A DNA stretch of 64,000 nucleotides from IMG/VR virus record IMGVR_UViG_3300028833_000064, positions 32,001 through 96,000 of that record. The stretch is one strand, 5' to 3'. The notes beneath the pieces were generated by a model. The model did not search any database. It was not told where the DNA came from and saw only the letters and a program-made list of their open reading frames with translations. This DNA comes from a virus. Lineage: Duplodnaviria > Caudoviricetes. Below, one piece after another: positions 8,738-18,181 of the stretch. How positions within the stretch are numbered: position 1 is the stretch's first letter; the number at the start of each line of letters is the position of its first letter. A program made the translations under genes and the position numbers.

Positions 8738-9138
8738 GGTAAAAAGGGGCCTATTTTGGGATTTCGAAAAAATAGGGTGTTTTCTGAAATACTCGTTTTT
8801 TATGTATTTTGAGAAAATGCACTTTTTGGCCATTTTTTGGATTTCTATGATTTTTATCATATTCACAAAATTCGTGTTTTTTGGTTTTTTTCATTTTTTC
8901 CTATTTCTGAGTATTTTGTAAAAACACCATATTTTGCAAAATACCGAGTTTTTGTAAAATATTGAGTTTTTATGTTTTATGTAAAAACTCCATATTTCGA
9001 AAATCTATGTTGTTTTTTCAATATATTAATAATGAATATTTGGTGTTTTGTGTAGATATCGGATATCCACGTATATTCATCACATATGGTTTTCCACAAT
9101 TATATCATATATTTCCTTATAACCATCGGTGCCTCATT

Positions 9139-9420
9139 TGGATACCTTTGGCGGTATCCATAAATTTTGACTCGACTGCTGTATGGGGTCATCTGCATCC
9201 GGATGAGTCTTCAACCGGTGGTATCCGGCTGGAGGCCGGTACTGTTTTTCCCAGCTTCCCTGTCCGGACTTTGATACCCACGATGTGGTCAGACAGCTTG
9301 GTGGGTTCGGGTCTTACCTAGAGTAGCTGTAGTCAAAATGCCTAGAGTAGCTATAGTCGAAGTTCAACCACATTGGATGCACGTCACTACCAACCACTAT
9401 GGTGGGTGGAGGTTATTCGA
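9139..9420. ncRNA. Putative structured non-coding element
   Basis: GC-richer than flanks; hairpins TGGATACC/GGTATCCA, TCATC/GATGA, CCGGC/GCCGG; direct repeat CCTAGAGTAGCTRTAGTC x2. Confidence 0.35.
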
Positions 9421-9428
9421 AAATGAAA

Positions 9429-9455
9429 TCGACCCATCTTGGTAAGATGAGTCGA
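9429..9455 (-). terminator. Hairpin terminator after coaD
   Basis: TCGACCCATCTT-GGT-AAGATGAGTCGA with A/T tracts. Confidence 0.55.
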
Positions 9456-9534
9456 AAAAATGGTGATGTAACCGAGTGCCAAATGATTCTACCGAATGAC
9501 CAATAAGTGGGTGGGGTTAGTTGGATACTCGATA

Positions 9535-10029
9535 TTATTTGTCATTTTTATAGAATTTTGAGATGGGTATTTCAAGTGGTTGATGGACGAGACCTTTGAT
9601 GTCCTTTTCATTCTGCACCATCGTCCTTATGAGGGATGAGGAGATTCCACTGAGTTCCGAAGGAGTTGGTATGAATATAGTACGGATAGTTGGGTCTATG
9701 ATTCTATTTGATTCGGCGAGGATAAGTTCCTTTTCGAAATCCAATGTGTTTCGGATACCTCTGAACATAATGGTAATTTCGTTTTGTTGACAAAAATCAA
9801 CAAGGAGACCTTCGGTATATGTTACTTTTATATTTGGTGAGATGTGTTTGACGGACTCTAAAATCCAATTGCTTCTTATGGCGACATCGAGTTGTGTCGG
9901 AGGTGTTTTCTCGGGATTGACGGCGATTACGACGTAGAGTTCGTCGACGAGCTTTGAAGCGACGTTGACCACATACTCATGTCCGAGATGAAATGGGTTG
10001 AATGAACCGGCGAAGATGCCACGAGTCAT
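9535..10029 (-). CDS. coaD: Phosphopantetheine adenylyltransferase
   Basis: GSFNPFHLGH, NPEK, RGIRNTLDFEKE, ISSSLIR. Confidence 0.92.
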   Translation of the reverse strand: MTRGIFAGSFNPFHLGHEYVVNVASKLVDELYVVIAVNPEKTPPTQLDVAIRSNWILESVKHISPNIKVTYTEGLLVDFCQQNEITIMFRGIRNTLDFEKELILAESNRIIDPTIRTIFIPTPSELSGISSSLIRTMVQNEKDIKGLVHQPLEIPISKFYKNDK

Positions 10030-10508
10030 CGGTCGCCTCCTTTTTCCAAATACGACATCAGTCGTCTGTGCAACGAACCGGTATCCAAATGCAGGAAGCT
10101 TTTTCTTACGGCAGGAATATTTTCAGAGTCATCTGAAAGAGTTACTGGAACAAGTTTGTAGAGTTCTATGTTGAGAAACTCTTGGTTATTGTCATCCTTG
10201 GAAAATTTAATGGAGATTGATAATGAACCTTTAATTGTATATATTCTATCCACTTTATTTATCAGACAACTTCTTATAATGTCCCTTACAGCAATTTTGT
10301 CACTGTTGAACGCTTTGAAACTTTCGAAATCAATATATGAATGTTTTTTGTTTTTAGGAAATTCTTCTTTAATAGTTTCAATCAGTGAATTGGTGAATGC
10401 AGAATTATTAATGATTAATTCTTCTGTAATTAATACAGAAAATTTGACAATGACTTTCCTTTTTAATTCTATGGTTTTCATACTATTGTTCTTCTTTACG
10501 AGCATCAT
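10026..10508 (-). CDS. Hypothetical protein (likely start MKTIEL)
   Basis: ATGA overlap with coaD. Confidence 0.65.
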   Translation of the reverse strand: MMLVKKNNSMKTIELKRKVIVKFSVLITEELIINNSAFTNSLIETIKEEFPKNKKHSYIDFESFKAFNSDKIAVRDIIRSCLINKVDRIYTIKGSLSISIKFSKDDNNQEFLNIELYKLVPVTLSDDSENIPAVRKSFLHLDTGSLHRRLMSYLEKGGDR

Positions 10509-10722
10509 TGCCGATGACTTTTAGGATTCTATATACACAATCATCAGTGGGGTTTTCATAGACTCGAATATTTTCTGTTGATATGGAAAAGTTTCCTACA
10601 GTATATATTATTTCCATTTTTTGGTTGATTGTGACTTCGTTGATTCGGCCGTAGATTATGTTGGAGTAGTAGTCGATTACGGACACAATATCTCCAATGT
10701 CATATTTTGTTTTGATTTCCAT
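10483..10722 (-). CDS. Hypothetical protein (KOW-like)
   Basis: IKTKYDIGDIV. Confidence 0.65.
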   Translation of the reverse strand: MEIKTKYDIGDIVSVIDYYSNIIYGRINEVTINQKMEIIYTVGNFSISTENIRVYENPTDDCVYRILKVIGNDARKEEQ

Positions 10723-11255
10723 TGTTTGATTTTTTTAATTGTAAGTTCCTTGAAACCATAACTCTTCAGTTTTTCTACATCTTCATCGGTAATCTTGGTG
10801 ATGTTTGCCCTTTTGAAAGATTGACACAGTTGTTCGACGTATCCGTCTGGGACATTGGACAGAATAAAGATAGTTCCGTTTTTCTTTTCAATCATGTATG
10901 TATTTAAAGTGTCTGTGCATTTCAGTTCCTTTCGAAAAATCTTCCTCACCTTGAAGATTATCACCATCGATTCGACCCAATCTATTATGGGAAATATCAT
11001 AATATCAGATAATATACTACCCATAACATTATAGTTGACCAAGGGAATATAAGTGATGATGTTTATAAAAGTGTATTTATAAGGAAATAAGAATCTTATA
11101 ATTCCAGCACTTTTGTCATTTGCATGTTTGTTGGACATTTGTCGTTTTGACAAATGTTCATATGGTGGACTGAAAATTTGTCGTTTTGACAAATGTGCAT
11201 ATAGCAGACTGATTACGATAGGGATTATATATATAATAAAAAACTTTACAAACAT
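10677..11255 (-). CDS. Membrane protein, family B
   Basis: TM + FPY..YIPLVN; internal duplication HLSKRQ x2. Confidence 0.65.
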   Translation of the reverse strand: MFVKFFIIYIIPIVISLLYAHLSKRQIFSPPYEHLSKRQMSNKHANDKSAGIIRFLFPYKYTFINIITYIPLVNYNVMGSILSDIMIFPIIDWVESMVIIFKVRKIFRKELKCTDTLNTYMIEKKNGTIFILSNVPDGYVEQLCQSFKRANITKITDEDVEKLKSYGFKELTIKKIKQWKSKQNMTLEILCP

Positions 11256-11258
11256 AGT

Positions 11259-11471
11259 TTAAAGATATTTATCCTTGATTGCACACAAGTAGATTATCGT
11301 GAGGATGTTGATGGTAGGCCAAAACACCAAGAAAGCGTTCACAATTGTTCCCAATTTAGGGAATGGTGTAATGAAGTCCTTGAATGTCTTGATGTTCTTT
11401 TTGTTTTTGATGAAATTTATTATTAAGATTATCACCGCCGGAAGCAGTGATGAGATGAGAATCGCTGTCAT
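11259..11471 (-). CDS. Membrane protein, family B
   Basis: TPF..FWPTIN. Confidence 0.65.
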   Translation of the reverse strand: MTAILISSLLPAVIILIINFIKNKKNIKTFKDFITPFPKLGTIVNAFLVFWPTINILTIIYLCAIKDKYL

Positions 11472-11785
11472 TTTATATTTTTGTTAAGAAAGTTTTTGAT
11501 TTTTAAAAAGAATTTGGTATCTTTGGCTCTATCGAGCATCATTTCAATCCCCATATATGTTCCAAGTAGGAATGCCAATAATGTGACCATCGTATTCACT
11601 ATTGGGAAGTATGTCCCGAAAATCGTGGCCCAAATATCATTACCCTCCCATCCGAATGGACACAAGATGTTTCCGATTTTCAAGTCGTTCCAATTGATGA
11701 TAACAGAGGTTATTATCTGTATAAGGATTGTGGCGGCATACACAATTGTGAGAAATAAGATTGTGTGGTTTTCTATGAATTGCAT
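11468..11785 (-). CDS. Membrane protein, family B
   Basis: CPF..YFPIVN. Confidence 0.65.
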   Translation of the reverse strand: MQFIENHTILFLTIVYAATILIQIITSVIINWNDLKIGNILCPFGWEGNDIWATIFGTYFPIVNTMVTLLAFLLGTYMGIEMMLDRAKDTKFFLKIKNFLNKNIK

Positions 11786-12270
11786 AATATTGTTGATTTG
11801 ATTGTTTCTTTCATGAGTTCTTTCGAAAAATTGACGGCCTCGCTCATGGTTAGCATGTATTTTTCACCGATTGTGTCTTCATTTATTGGTTCGAGAATCC
11901 AGCATGCACACTTGACCGGTTCGTCATATGTCCAGCTGTCTTTCATCCAGTCACAGTTTTTACAGTGATGACCGGGTGAACAATGTTCGTCATCGGTTTT
12001 ATCATGGTTTGCACAACTCATCATATTGAGTTGGTAGATTTCATCGACTTTATGAAGAGGCCATTTGTCGATGTCATGCCCATTCCTCCTCAATGCATTC
12101 GGCTGAAGTTTGTCATACTACGAGAGGCATCTATTGTCGTGTGGGGCACCCTCGATGAAGGCGTACTCGATATAGCGCCCGTTTTCATCCTCTCTCAGAT
12201 ATACGAATCTGTCGAGGTTATCTGTGGCGGTCGCCCAAGCTTTCAGTAGGGTTATGTTTTCTTGTTTCAT
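11773..12270 (-). other. Cys-rich protein frame interrupted by in-frame TAG (12118-12120)
   Basis: ATG 12270 overlaps the upstream stop; MKQENITLLKAW...DNRCLS(TAG)YDKLQPNALRRNGHD... continues in frame to 11773. Confidence 0.6.
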
Positions 12271-12680
12271 TTATACACATACTCTAATTTACCGTACTCG
12301 TCCTTCAAGTCATTTTCCAAGTTCCATCCACGTTTCTTGATGGTGCTGTATATTTGGTCAAGTAGTTCCTCTCGGGTGTATTTCCGGCGGACATCATATG
12401 GAACAACTCCGTCGAGTGAATATTCTTGCTCATAGGAGAGAAAGAGATTTTCATCCGGAAGATAGTACAATGTTTTTTCATGCCATTGCAGTCCATTGTC
12501 GGGATGTTTCATCGACCAGTCGAGAGCGTCTTCATAGGAGTCGAAGATGTTAGATTCTCTGTGTCTCCGTATGATTTCTGCATGTTCCTTTTCACGGATT
12601 TCGTCTGCAATTCGTTGCATTTCATTCCGTAAGTCTTCGATAGGTTTTGTGTTTGGACACAGGTCAAAAATTGTCGGCAT
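12267..12680 (-). CDS. Hypothetical protein
   Basis: Operon tiling. Confidence 0.7.
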   Translation of the reverse strand: MPTIFDLCPNTKPIEDLRNEMQRIADEIREKEHAEIIRRHRESNIFDSYEDALDWSMKHPDNGLQWHEKTLYYLPDENLFLSYEQEYSLDGVVPYDVRRKYTREELLDQIYSTIKKRGWNLENDLKDEYGKLEYVYK

Positions 12681-12690
12681 TTTTCGAAAA

Positions 12691-13038
12691 TTATTCGGTA
12701 CTCACTTCTTGAATAGTAAACTCCGCTCTGTCGTCCGAGTATTCAGTTGTTCCTCCGTCAATGTATTTGATGGTAATGATATATCGTCCATTGATAGCAC
12801 GTCTGATGGTTTTTTCCGAAAGGTTCGGTTGTATGAAATTTTTAATGGCGCCCAGTATAGAGTTCTTCAGATTGTCGGACGATTCATCCGAAATGTATAA
12901 GGATTCCATACCTTTTATGATTGCTGTGTAAATGAAGTTGACAAGGACTCTCATCATATCCTTGTATTTAATTAGTTCATCTACTGAGATGATGACCGGT
13001 TCCTTCAGAATTTCTTTTTCTTTTAACTTGATTTCCAT
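12691..13038 (-). CDS. Hypothetical protein
   Basis: Operon tiling. Confidence 0.65.
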   Translation of the reverse strand: MEIKLKEKEILKEPVIISVDELIKYKDMMRVLVNFIYTAIIKGMESLYISDESSDNLKNSILGAIKNFIQPNLSEKTIRRAINGRYIITIKYIDGGTTEYSDDRAEFTIQEVSTE

Positions 13039-13050
13039 AGTATTTGTTTT

Positions 13051-13506
13051 TTAAATTTTATGCAGAGCTTTCTTTATGAGTTCCTTTGGTAAGTCCGAGT
13101 AACTCTCAGTTCCGTCGGTTACATATTCGTAGAATATCACTTCGATGCACTCGTCGTCTTCGTAGTAGACTTCCTCCGCTTCACGGAAAAGCTTCAGATA
13201 GTCGTCTTTGATTCCGAGCATTGTGTATTCGACTATCGGACTGTCAAGGAAATGTTCCATCTCTTTCAGTACCTCTTTTGCCTCCTTTCTACCGGAGGCG
13301 ATGTAGATTCGGCCGAATGACGAGTCGGTTCTTTCGATTTTGGTCTCGATGAAGTAGCGGTTGTCGGAATCCTTTTCAATGGAGATGATGGTGTTTTCCT
13401 CACCATATCCGTTGAACATTTGCACACTTGCAATGGTCTTGGTCTGTGCATTGGACACCAGAGTGGTGACGATTAGCAGAATCAGTGTTACGATATACTT
13501 TTTCAT
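13051..13506 (-). CDS. Secreted protein (start revised to MKKYIV)
   Basis: Signal peptide SNA-Q; the longer start would cross a terminator. Confidence 0.7.
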   Translation of the reverse strand: MKKYIVTLILLIVTTLVSNAQTKTIASVQMFNGYGEENTIISIEKDSDNRYFIETKIERTDSSFGRIYIASGRKEAKEVLKEMEHFLDSPIVEYTMLGIKDDYLKLFREAEEVYYEDDECIEVIFYEYVTDGTESYSDLPKELIKKALHKI

Positions 13507-13535
13507 TTTTCGAAATTGATGTTTTTTTTTTTGGT

Positions 13536-13565
13536 TTGGGGGGAGCGGACTTTGCCGCTCCCCAA
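13536..13565 (-). terminator. GC hairpin
   Basis: TTGGGG(GG)AGCGG...CCGCTCCCCAA. Confidence 0.55.
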
Positions 13566-13661
13566 CAAACACTTGGTACTTAAAGTTTATGAAACATTTT
13601 GTATTATGGGAGGGGTGGTGGTTGTTTGGATACCACCCCATACCCATTTGATGAAAGGAGA

Positions 13662-14078
13662 TTACATTATAATGCCGGTTATTTCGACGGAGACTGGGTG
13701 TTTTACCACAAGGCAGTTGATTTCGACTGTAGTTGCTTGTTTCGATGAAAGGTATCCTTCGACAAAGGCTTTGGCTTCCTCCTTCTCTGTGAAGATGTGC
13801 TGTACATCATTGATGTCCATCACGTTGGTGGATGTTGAATAGACCAAGATATGTTCTCCGTCGGGATGGGCGACGATGAGAGCCGGGATTACAGAGATTT
13901 CATTGGTATCTTCGTTGATGACCGGTGTCCAAACGACGGGGACTTCAAGTTCATCAAGGGGTGTATCGGTCATCTTGGATTCAGTTATTGTAATGGCGGC
14001 GACCAGCGGGGAGACAATTTTCTCCAAGATTGCACGTGCAGTTTCTTTGTCGAGGGGTTTCTGTGTATTGATTCTCAT
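13662..14078 (-). CDS. Hypothetical protein, paralog of 15067-15570
   Basis: EL.VPVVWTPV...IP...ILV.S..TN...DV..IFT...EA..F. Confidence 0.75.
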   Translation of the reverse strand: MRINTQKPLDKETARAILEKIVSPLVAAITITESKMTDTPLDELEVPVVWTPVINEDTNEISVIPALIVAHPDGEHILVYSTSTNVMDINDVQHIFTEKEEAKAFVEGYLSSKQATTVEINCLVVKHPVSVEITGIIM

Positions 14079-14118
14079 AGTTATTATTATTTTTAATGTT
14101 GATATTTGTTTCTTTTTA

Positions 14119-14130
14119 AAAGATACTATT
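14119..14130 (-). promoter_or_regulatory. Class II promoter-like motif
   Basis: AATAGTATCTTT. Confidence 0.65.
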
Positions 14131-14143
14131 TATTTTTGAAAGA

Positions 14144-14416
14144 TTAAAAAGAATTTTGTTTTCTTTGTAAATCATTTCTTTCTTTTTTCATTCTGTGAAT
14201 GTCTTGGCAGGCGTTTGTGAAACTCAGTTTTGCCTCTTCAAGGTCTGAGATGTATTCTCCTATGGTTATCGACTCGTAGGGGTCTGGGTAGAATGTCTGA
14301 ATATTGTGTTTGGAAAGTTCAATCATTCTCATCCAGTAGGCGGCGGCCTCCCTCCTCATAGAAAGTCTTCTTTCAATAGACCTTATCTCTTCTTTGATTT
14401 GTTCCTTTGTTTTCAT
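14144..14416 (-). CDS. Hypothetical coiled-coil protein
   Basis: ATGA overlap. Confidence 0.65.
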   Translation of the reverse strand: MKTKEQIKEEIRSIERRLSMRREAAAYWMRMIELSKHNIQTFYPDPYESITIGEYISDLEEAKLSFTNACQDIHRMKKERNDLQRKQNSF

Positions 14417-14685
14417 ATTTGAATCATCACTTCGTGGTTCTCGAGAATCTTGATGTGAACAATGCTGTCTTCAATTCTGTATTCGACATTTCGAATATCC
14501 CATCTTTCTTTCAGACGTGTCTCCAATTCTTCAAAAGTCATAGGTCCGTTTGGTTGTATCCACACTTTGAGTTCATTGGTTTCAGTGTCTATCAGAAAAC
14601 TATTGAATTTTCCGTAACTCGTGTCAAGAACGTGTATCTCATTCTTGTTTGGAGTTTCTTTGGGGGCGAACAAGACTCTGAACAT
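14413..14685 (-). CDS. Hypothetical protein
   Basis: Operon tiling. Confidence 0.65.
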   Translation of the reverse strand: MFRVLFAPKETPNKNEIHVLDTSYGKFNSFLIDTETNELKVWIQPNGPMTFEELETRLKERWDIRNVEYRIEDSIVHIKILENHEVMIQI

Positions 14686-14691
14686 AGCGTT

Positions 14692-15015
14692 TCATTTTTG
14701 GTAATATTCAGAATACGTGTCAATCCATCCGTTTTCCAGTTCATATAACATCCGTTTGCATTCCTTGACGTAGGGGAAGGCGAGTACGAAGCGTGTTCCG
14801 TACACACAAAAGATATATAAGAATATGAGCAGAATCAAATTAACATCGATTGGTCCGAATGAAGTGTTGATAAGAATCCCGAGATAGATTCCGTCGATGA
14901 CTATCATCAAGATGTACAGTATCACCTGTAACCAGTTCGGAATATAGGTTTCCTTTTTATTGGTGAATGTCATCTGTATGGATTCTGGGATTTTGACCTT
15001 GGTTTTCATTTTCAT
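14692..15015 (-). CDS. 2-TM membrane protein
   Basis: Hydrophobic helices. Confidence 0.65.
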   Translation of the reverse strand: MKMKTKVKIPESIQMTFTNKKETYIPNWLQVILYILMIVIDGIYLGILINTSFGPIDVNLILLIFLYIFCVYGTRFVLAFPYVKECKRMLYELENGWIDTYSEYYQK

Positions 15016-15027
15016 TCTTTTTTTCGA

Positions 15028-15052
15028 AAGAGGGCGGAGTCTCCGCCCTCTT
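15028..15052 (-). terminator. Rho-independent terminator
   Basis: AAGAGGGCGGAG-T-CTCCGCCCTCTT perfect inverted repeat. Confidence 0.7.
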
Positions 15053-15066
15053 CTTGTGTAAAGACC

Positions 15067-15570
15067 TTACATTTTGGCGATGAGACGTGCCAGCAATTTG
15101 ATAACCATCACCATCACAACTTCGATGTCGACTTCGATTTCGTCTTCATCCTCATCCTTGTTTTCTTTATCTTCAAAGATGTCATCGACGTTGGGAAGAT
15201 AAACGACTCGTTCACATCTAGCAACGTCACTGATTTCGCTTTCATCACCATATTCGGGGATGAGGTTTTTGTCGGAGAGAAACTTTGCCGCCTCACTAAA
15301 CTTGGTGAAGATATAGGGGACATCCTCGATGGGGGTCGGGTTTGTGTTCGGAGAACAAACCAAGATGGTCTTTTGGTCGGAAGCGAGTACCAACATTGAT
15401 GGTATGATTTTGACATCACCCTTTCTGTTTCCAACCGGTGTCCAAACGACGGGGACTCCGAGTTCATATAACGGTTTACCTGTTTGGCGATGCATGTACA
15501 TCACATAATTGGCATTGGATGCACTTACGATATAGCAGTTCAATTCTTTGTTGTTTTTTGTGAGTCTCAT
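15067..15570 (-). CDS. Hypothetical protein, paralog of 13662 (start revised to MRLTKN)
   Basis: Upstream extension runs through the promoter cassette. Confidence 0.75.
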   Translation of the reverse strand: MRLTKNNKELNCYIVSASNANYVMYMHRQTGKPLYELGVPVVWTPVGNRKGDVKIIPSMLVLASDQKTILVCSPNTNPTPIEDVPYIFTKFSEAAKFLSDKNLIPEYGDESEISDVARCERVVYLPNVDDIFEDKENKDEDEDEIEVDIEVVMVMVIKLLARLIAKM

Positions 15571-15615
15571 AATTGTTGTTGTTTTAATTATTATTAATTG
15601 TTGTTTGTTTCTTTT

Positions 15616-15756
15616 TTCTGATACAAAAATACAATTTTTTTTTGAATTACCAAACTTTTTTTCAAAAAAATTTTCATTTTTTTCGTAAGTGCTTGATTTA
15701 GTGAGATAAAAAATGAAAATTTTTTTCAACCACCCCAAAAAAAGTCCTGCAAAATT
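15616..15756 (-). promoter_or_regulatory. Repeated promoter cassette, copy 1 (diverged)
   Basis: TTTGGTAATTC-A-tract-TGTATTTTTGTATCAG; homologous to 26850, 28818, 34271, 37257. Confidence 0.75.
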
Positions 15757-15894
15757 GGATTTTTTATCTCCGATTCCAGAAAATTGACCACTTTTAAAAT
15801 CATAGAAAAACAGAAAAACACACAACATACTATTTTATAAGTAGTTATGTGTTTCTCCCTTTTCAAATATCAACTATTTTCGAAAATCTTCGAT

Positions 15895-16131
15895 TTATTT
15901 TTTATTGTATGATACTGATGTGTTCAGTCTGAACAACAGGGTTAATAGAACACTGAGTCCCCAGCTTTGGATGTATGAAATCTGTGGGAGATTGAAGATG
16001 ACTGGCATCAACCAGTTCCACAGCGGCCACACGATGAGAGCGACCACAAATGCAACAACGATTGAAAACAGCAGACTAATCAACATCAAACAAAGGGTTT
16101 GAATAAAAGTTTGGCTCATTTGTAATATCAT
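15895..16131 (-). CDS. Small membrane protein
   Basis: WNWLMPVIFNLPQISYIQSWGL. Confidence 0.7.
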   Translation of the reverse strand: MILQMSQTFIQTLCLMLISLLFSIVVAFVVALIVWPLWNWLMPVIFNLPQISYIQSWGLSVLLTLLFRLNTSVSYNKK

Positions 16132-16160
16132 AATATAAAAGGTTAATAAAAGAAGAATCT

Positions 16161-16607
16161 TTAGAGGTCTGTAAAAAACTGATTTTTATTAGATTCTATA
16201 AGTTCTTTGTTTTTTCGAAATATCTCACTTATTTTTTGAGATATAGTATTTTCACCGAATATAAAATAATCAGCTGCAAATACCATTTCATCATCAGAGT
16301 CTGAAGTCTTCAATTCTATAATTTTTGAGTCGATGAGTTTGACCACCATCTTATCATCAATTGTGATGAGACATTCTTTGAGATATATTGGATTGTCTAT
16401 ACATGAATTTTCAAGTGATTGTCTCAGATAATTTTGTTCTCTGAGTCTTGTCCCTTTTATTGTTAAGAACCCACGTGATAGAACATGGTATGAGTAATGA
16501 TTGAGTTCATCTATAGACTTAGCTTCGTCAATGATGATTTCTTTCAAAGGAATAACTTCACTACCGAGACGTAGTGTTAATCCGTCTTCAATAAACCTGT
16601 GTTCCAT
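16161..16607 (-). CDS. Hypothetical protein
   Basis: TAATG coupling. Confidence 0.65.
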   Translation of the reverse strand: MEHRFIEDGLTLRLGSEVIPLKEIIIDEAKSIDELNHYSYHVLSRGFLTIKGTRLREQNYLRQSLENSCIDNPIYLKECLITIDDKMVVKLIDSKIIELKTSDSDDEMVFAADYFIFGENTISQKISEIFRKNKELIESNKNQFFTDL

Positions 16608-17320
16608 TATGCCTCATATTTCTCTATGATTGGTTTGCACGTTTCAAGTACGGAGACGACTTTATCCAAGTCGAAGTAGTCGTTTGTCCGGACTCCGGAC
16701 TCCATGTCAATCCAAAAGTCTCCCGAGACATTCTCGTAGAGGTACGTAAGTTTCTCTGCACAGTTCTCTGGATTAAATCCACCGGCATACCCCACACATC
16801 CGTCGTAAGGATACAGTTGGATACCGGTATCGATTCCACGCCCACCACTGCCGTCGATGAGAACAGACAATGTGCATTTGTTCCATTCGTATTCCTTCCA
16901 CTTCTCGATGGTATTCTTCAGTATTGAGTCGTTAACTGTATCTTTCTGCTGGATGATGATTTCTTGTCCGGAGAAGATTGGTGCCCAGCAATAGTTCGGG
17001 TTGTCATCTCTTTTGGCGATGTTGAGTTGGATTCGTTTGAAGATTTCGAGATTTCTGCCGATGAGATTATCGACCTCGACCCAGAATCCCTCGGCGGCAT
17101 CACGGGAGATACTCCCACACAAATGGAGGGCGAGGTTGAGTTTCTTATCGTAAAATTTATGTATGAGACTCGGATTCAGATAACGGGGACCGTTTTCATT
17201 CCAATGCTTGCTTGCAAGAATTCCGAATTCAACAATTGGATACTCCCGCTGGATTTCCACCAGTCTGTCGATGTCTGTTTTTGAATCGACACCTGTGAAT
17301 GTTATATGTTTTAGTTTCAT
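16607..17320 (-). CDS. TIM-barrel, phosphoribosylanthranilate-isomerase(TrpF)-like
   Basis: DGSGGRG, GYAGGFNPEN, WIDMESGVR resemble PRAI phosphate-binding motifs. Confidence 0.6.
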   Translation of the reverse strand: MKLKHITFTGVDSKTDIDRLVEIQREYPIVEFGILASKHWNENGPRYLNPSLIHKFYDKKLNLALHLCGSISRDAAEGFWVEVDNLIGRNLEIFKRIQLNIAKRDDNPNYCWAPIFSGQEIIIQQKDTVNDSILKNTIEKWKEYEWNKCTLSVLIDGSGGRGIDTGIQLYPYDGCVGYAGGFNPENCAEKLTYLYENVSGDFWIDMESGVRTNDYFDLDKVVSVLETCKPIIEKYEA

Positions 17321-17658
17321 ATTTCTTTTGATTCGATTTCGTATTCGTATAGTCTGTATTTTTTAAAAGTTATCTTTATGGTTTCTCCGAACCGTGACAT
17401 CTCCACAAGTCCGCCCAATGCTTTTATACCGATGGCCAGAAATAAATTCTTTGTGGTCAGAATACTATAGACGGCTTTGTCGATTTCAGCGACTGCTTCA
17501 TTGATGTCACATTCATCCGATGGTGCCGCTTCATCCAATATCTTTTGGATGAATCCTGCATATTCTTCCGGAGACTCGTTGACTTTTTTCAGATTTTCGA
17601 TGGTTGTATTAAACCTTGTTTTCGGTACTTTGACGTGTATTTGTATGCATTCTTTCAT
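17317..17658 (-). CDS. Hypothetical protein
   Basis: ATGA overlaps. Confidence 0.65.
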   Translation of the reverse strand: MKECIQIHVKVPKTRFNTTIENLKKVNESPEEYAGFIQKILDEAAPSDECDINEAVAEIDKAVYSILTTKNLFLAIGIKALGGLVEMSRFGETIKITFKKYRLYEYEIESKEI

Positions 17659-18164
17659 ATCAGTTCAAATTTGGTGTTTGATGACATAGTTCCCATTGGA
17701 ACGAAGATGGTATCGGATTCGCCGGTATACTCTTTTTTCGATATTGTGAATCGTATATAGTTACTGATATTTCTTTCCTTATATTTTATATTTTGATTGA
17801 TATGAGGATTCTCATCAGTCTCGACTATGGCCGTATATTTTGCCGGAAGAAGTTTCTGAACATAACTACTGTCAGTCTTCTTTAACATGACAATGTAGTA
17901 GAAATCTTCATCTATCTGTGTTTTGGTGAAATATATGTTTTCATTTTGTACAACCTTTGTTGCAATAATCTCATCATGAATGCTTTCCTCTACCGGTTTA
18001 AATCCCCAGTCAATCGTAAAGATTTGAGAAAGCAACCAGATTATAAGACCAATAACGCCGGTAAATGAAACACGTACTACATTGTCACGGTAATCCTTAT
18101 CGAAGTGTCCAATGACACATACAATAATGAAAGCAAATAAAAGTGAACTTAATAAAAATACCAT
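17655..18164 (-). CDS. Membrane-anchored hypothetical protein
   Basis: Two N-terminal TMs. Confidence 0.65.
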   Translation of the reverse strand: MVFLLSSLLFAFIIVCVIGHFDKDYRDNVVRVSFTGVIGLIIWLLSQIFTIDWGFKPVEESIHDEIIATKVVQNENIYFTKTQIDEDFYYIVMLKKTDSSYVQKLLPAKYTAIVETDENPHINQNIKYKERNISNYIRFTISKKEYTGESDTIFVPMGTMSSNTKFELI

Positions 18165-18181
18165 AATTGTTTTGTTTTTTG

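Noticed and set aside
9295-9320. tRNA T-arm-like GTGGGTTCGGGTCTTAC
   Set aside because: Loop is non-canonical and no acceptor/D/anticodon cloverleaf could be built
8529-9321. ORFs within the origin gap
   Set aside because: Translations of repeats and T-tracts with non-ATG starts
15571-15828. N-terminal extension of ORF 15067
   Set aside because: Runs through the promoter cassette; paralog alignment begins at MRLTK
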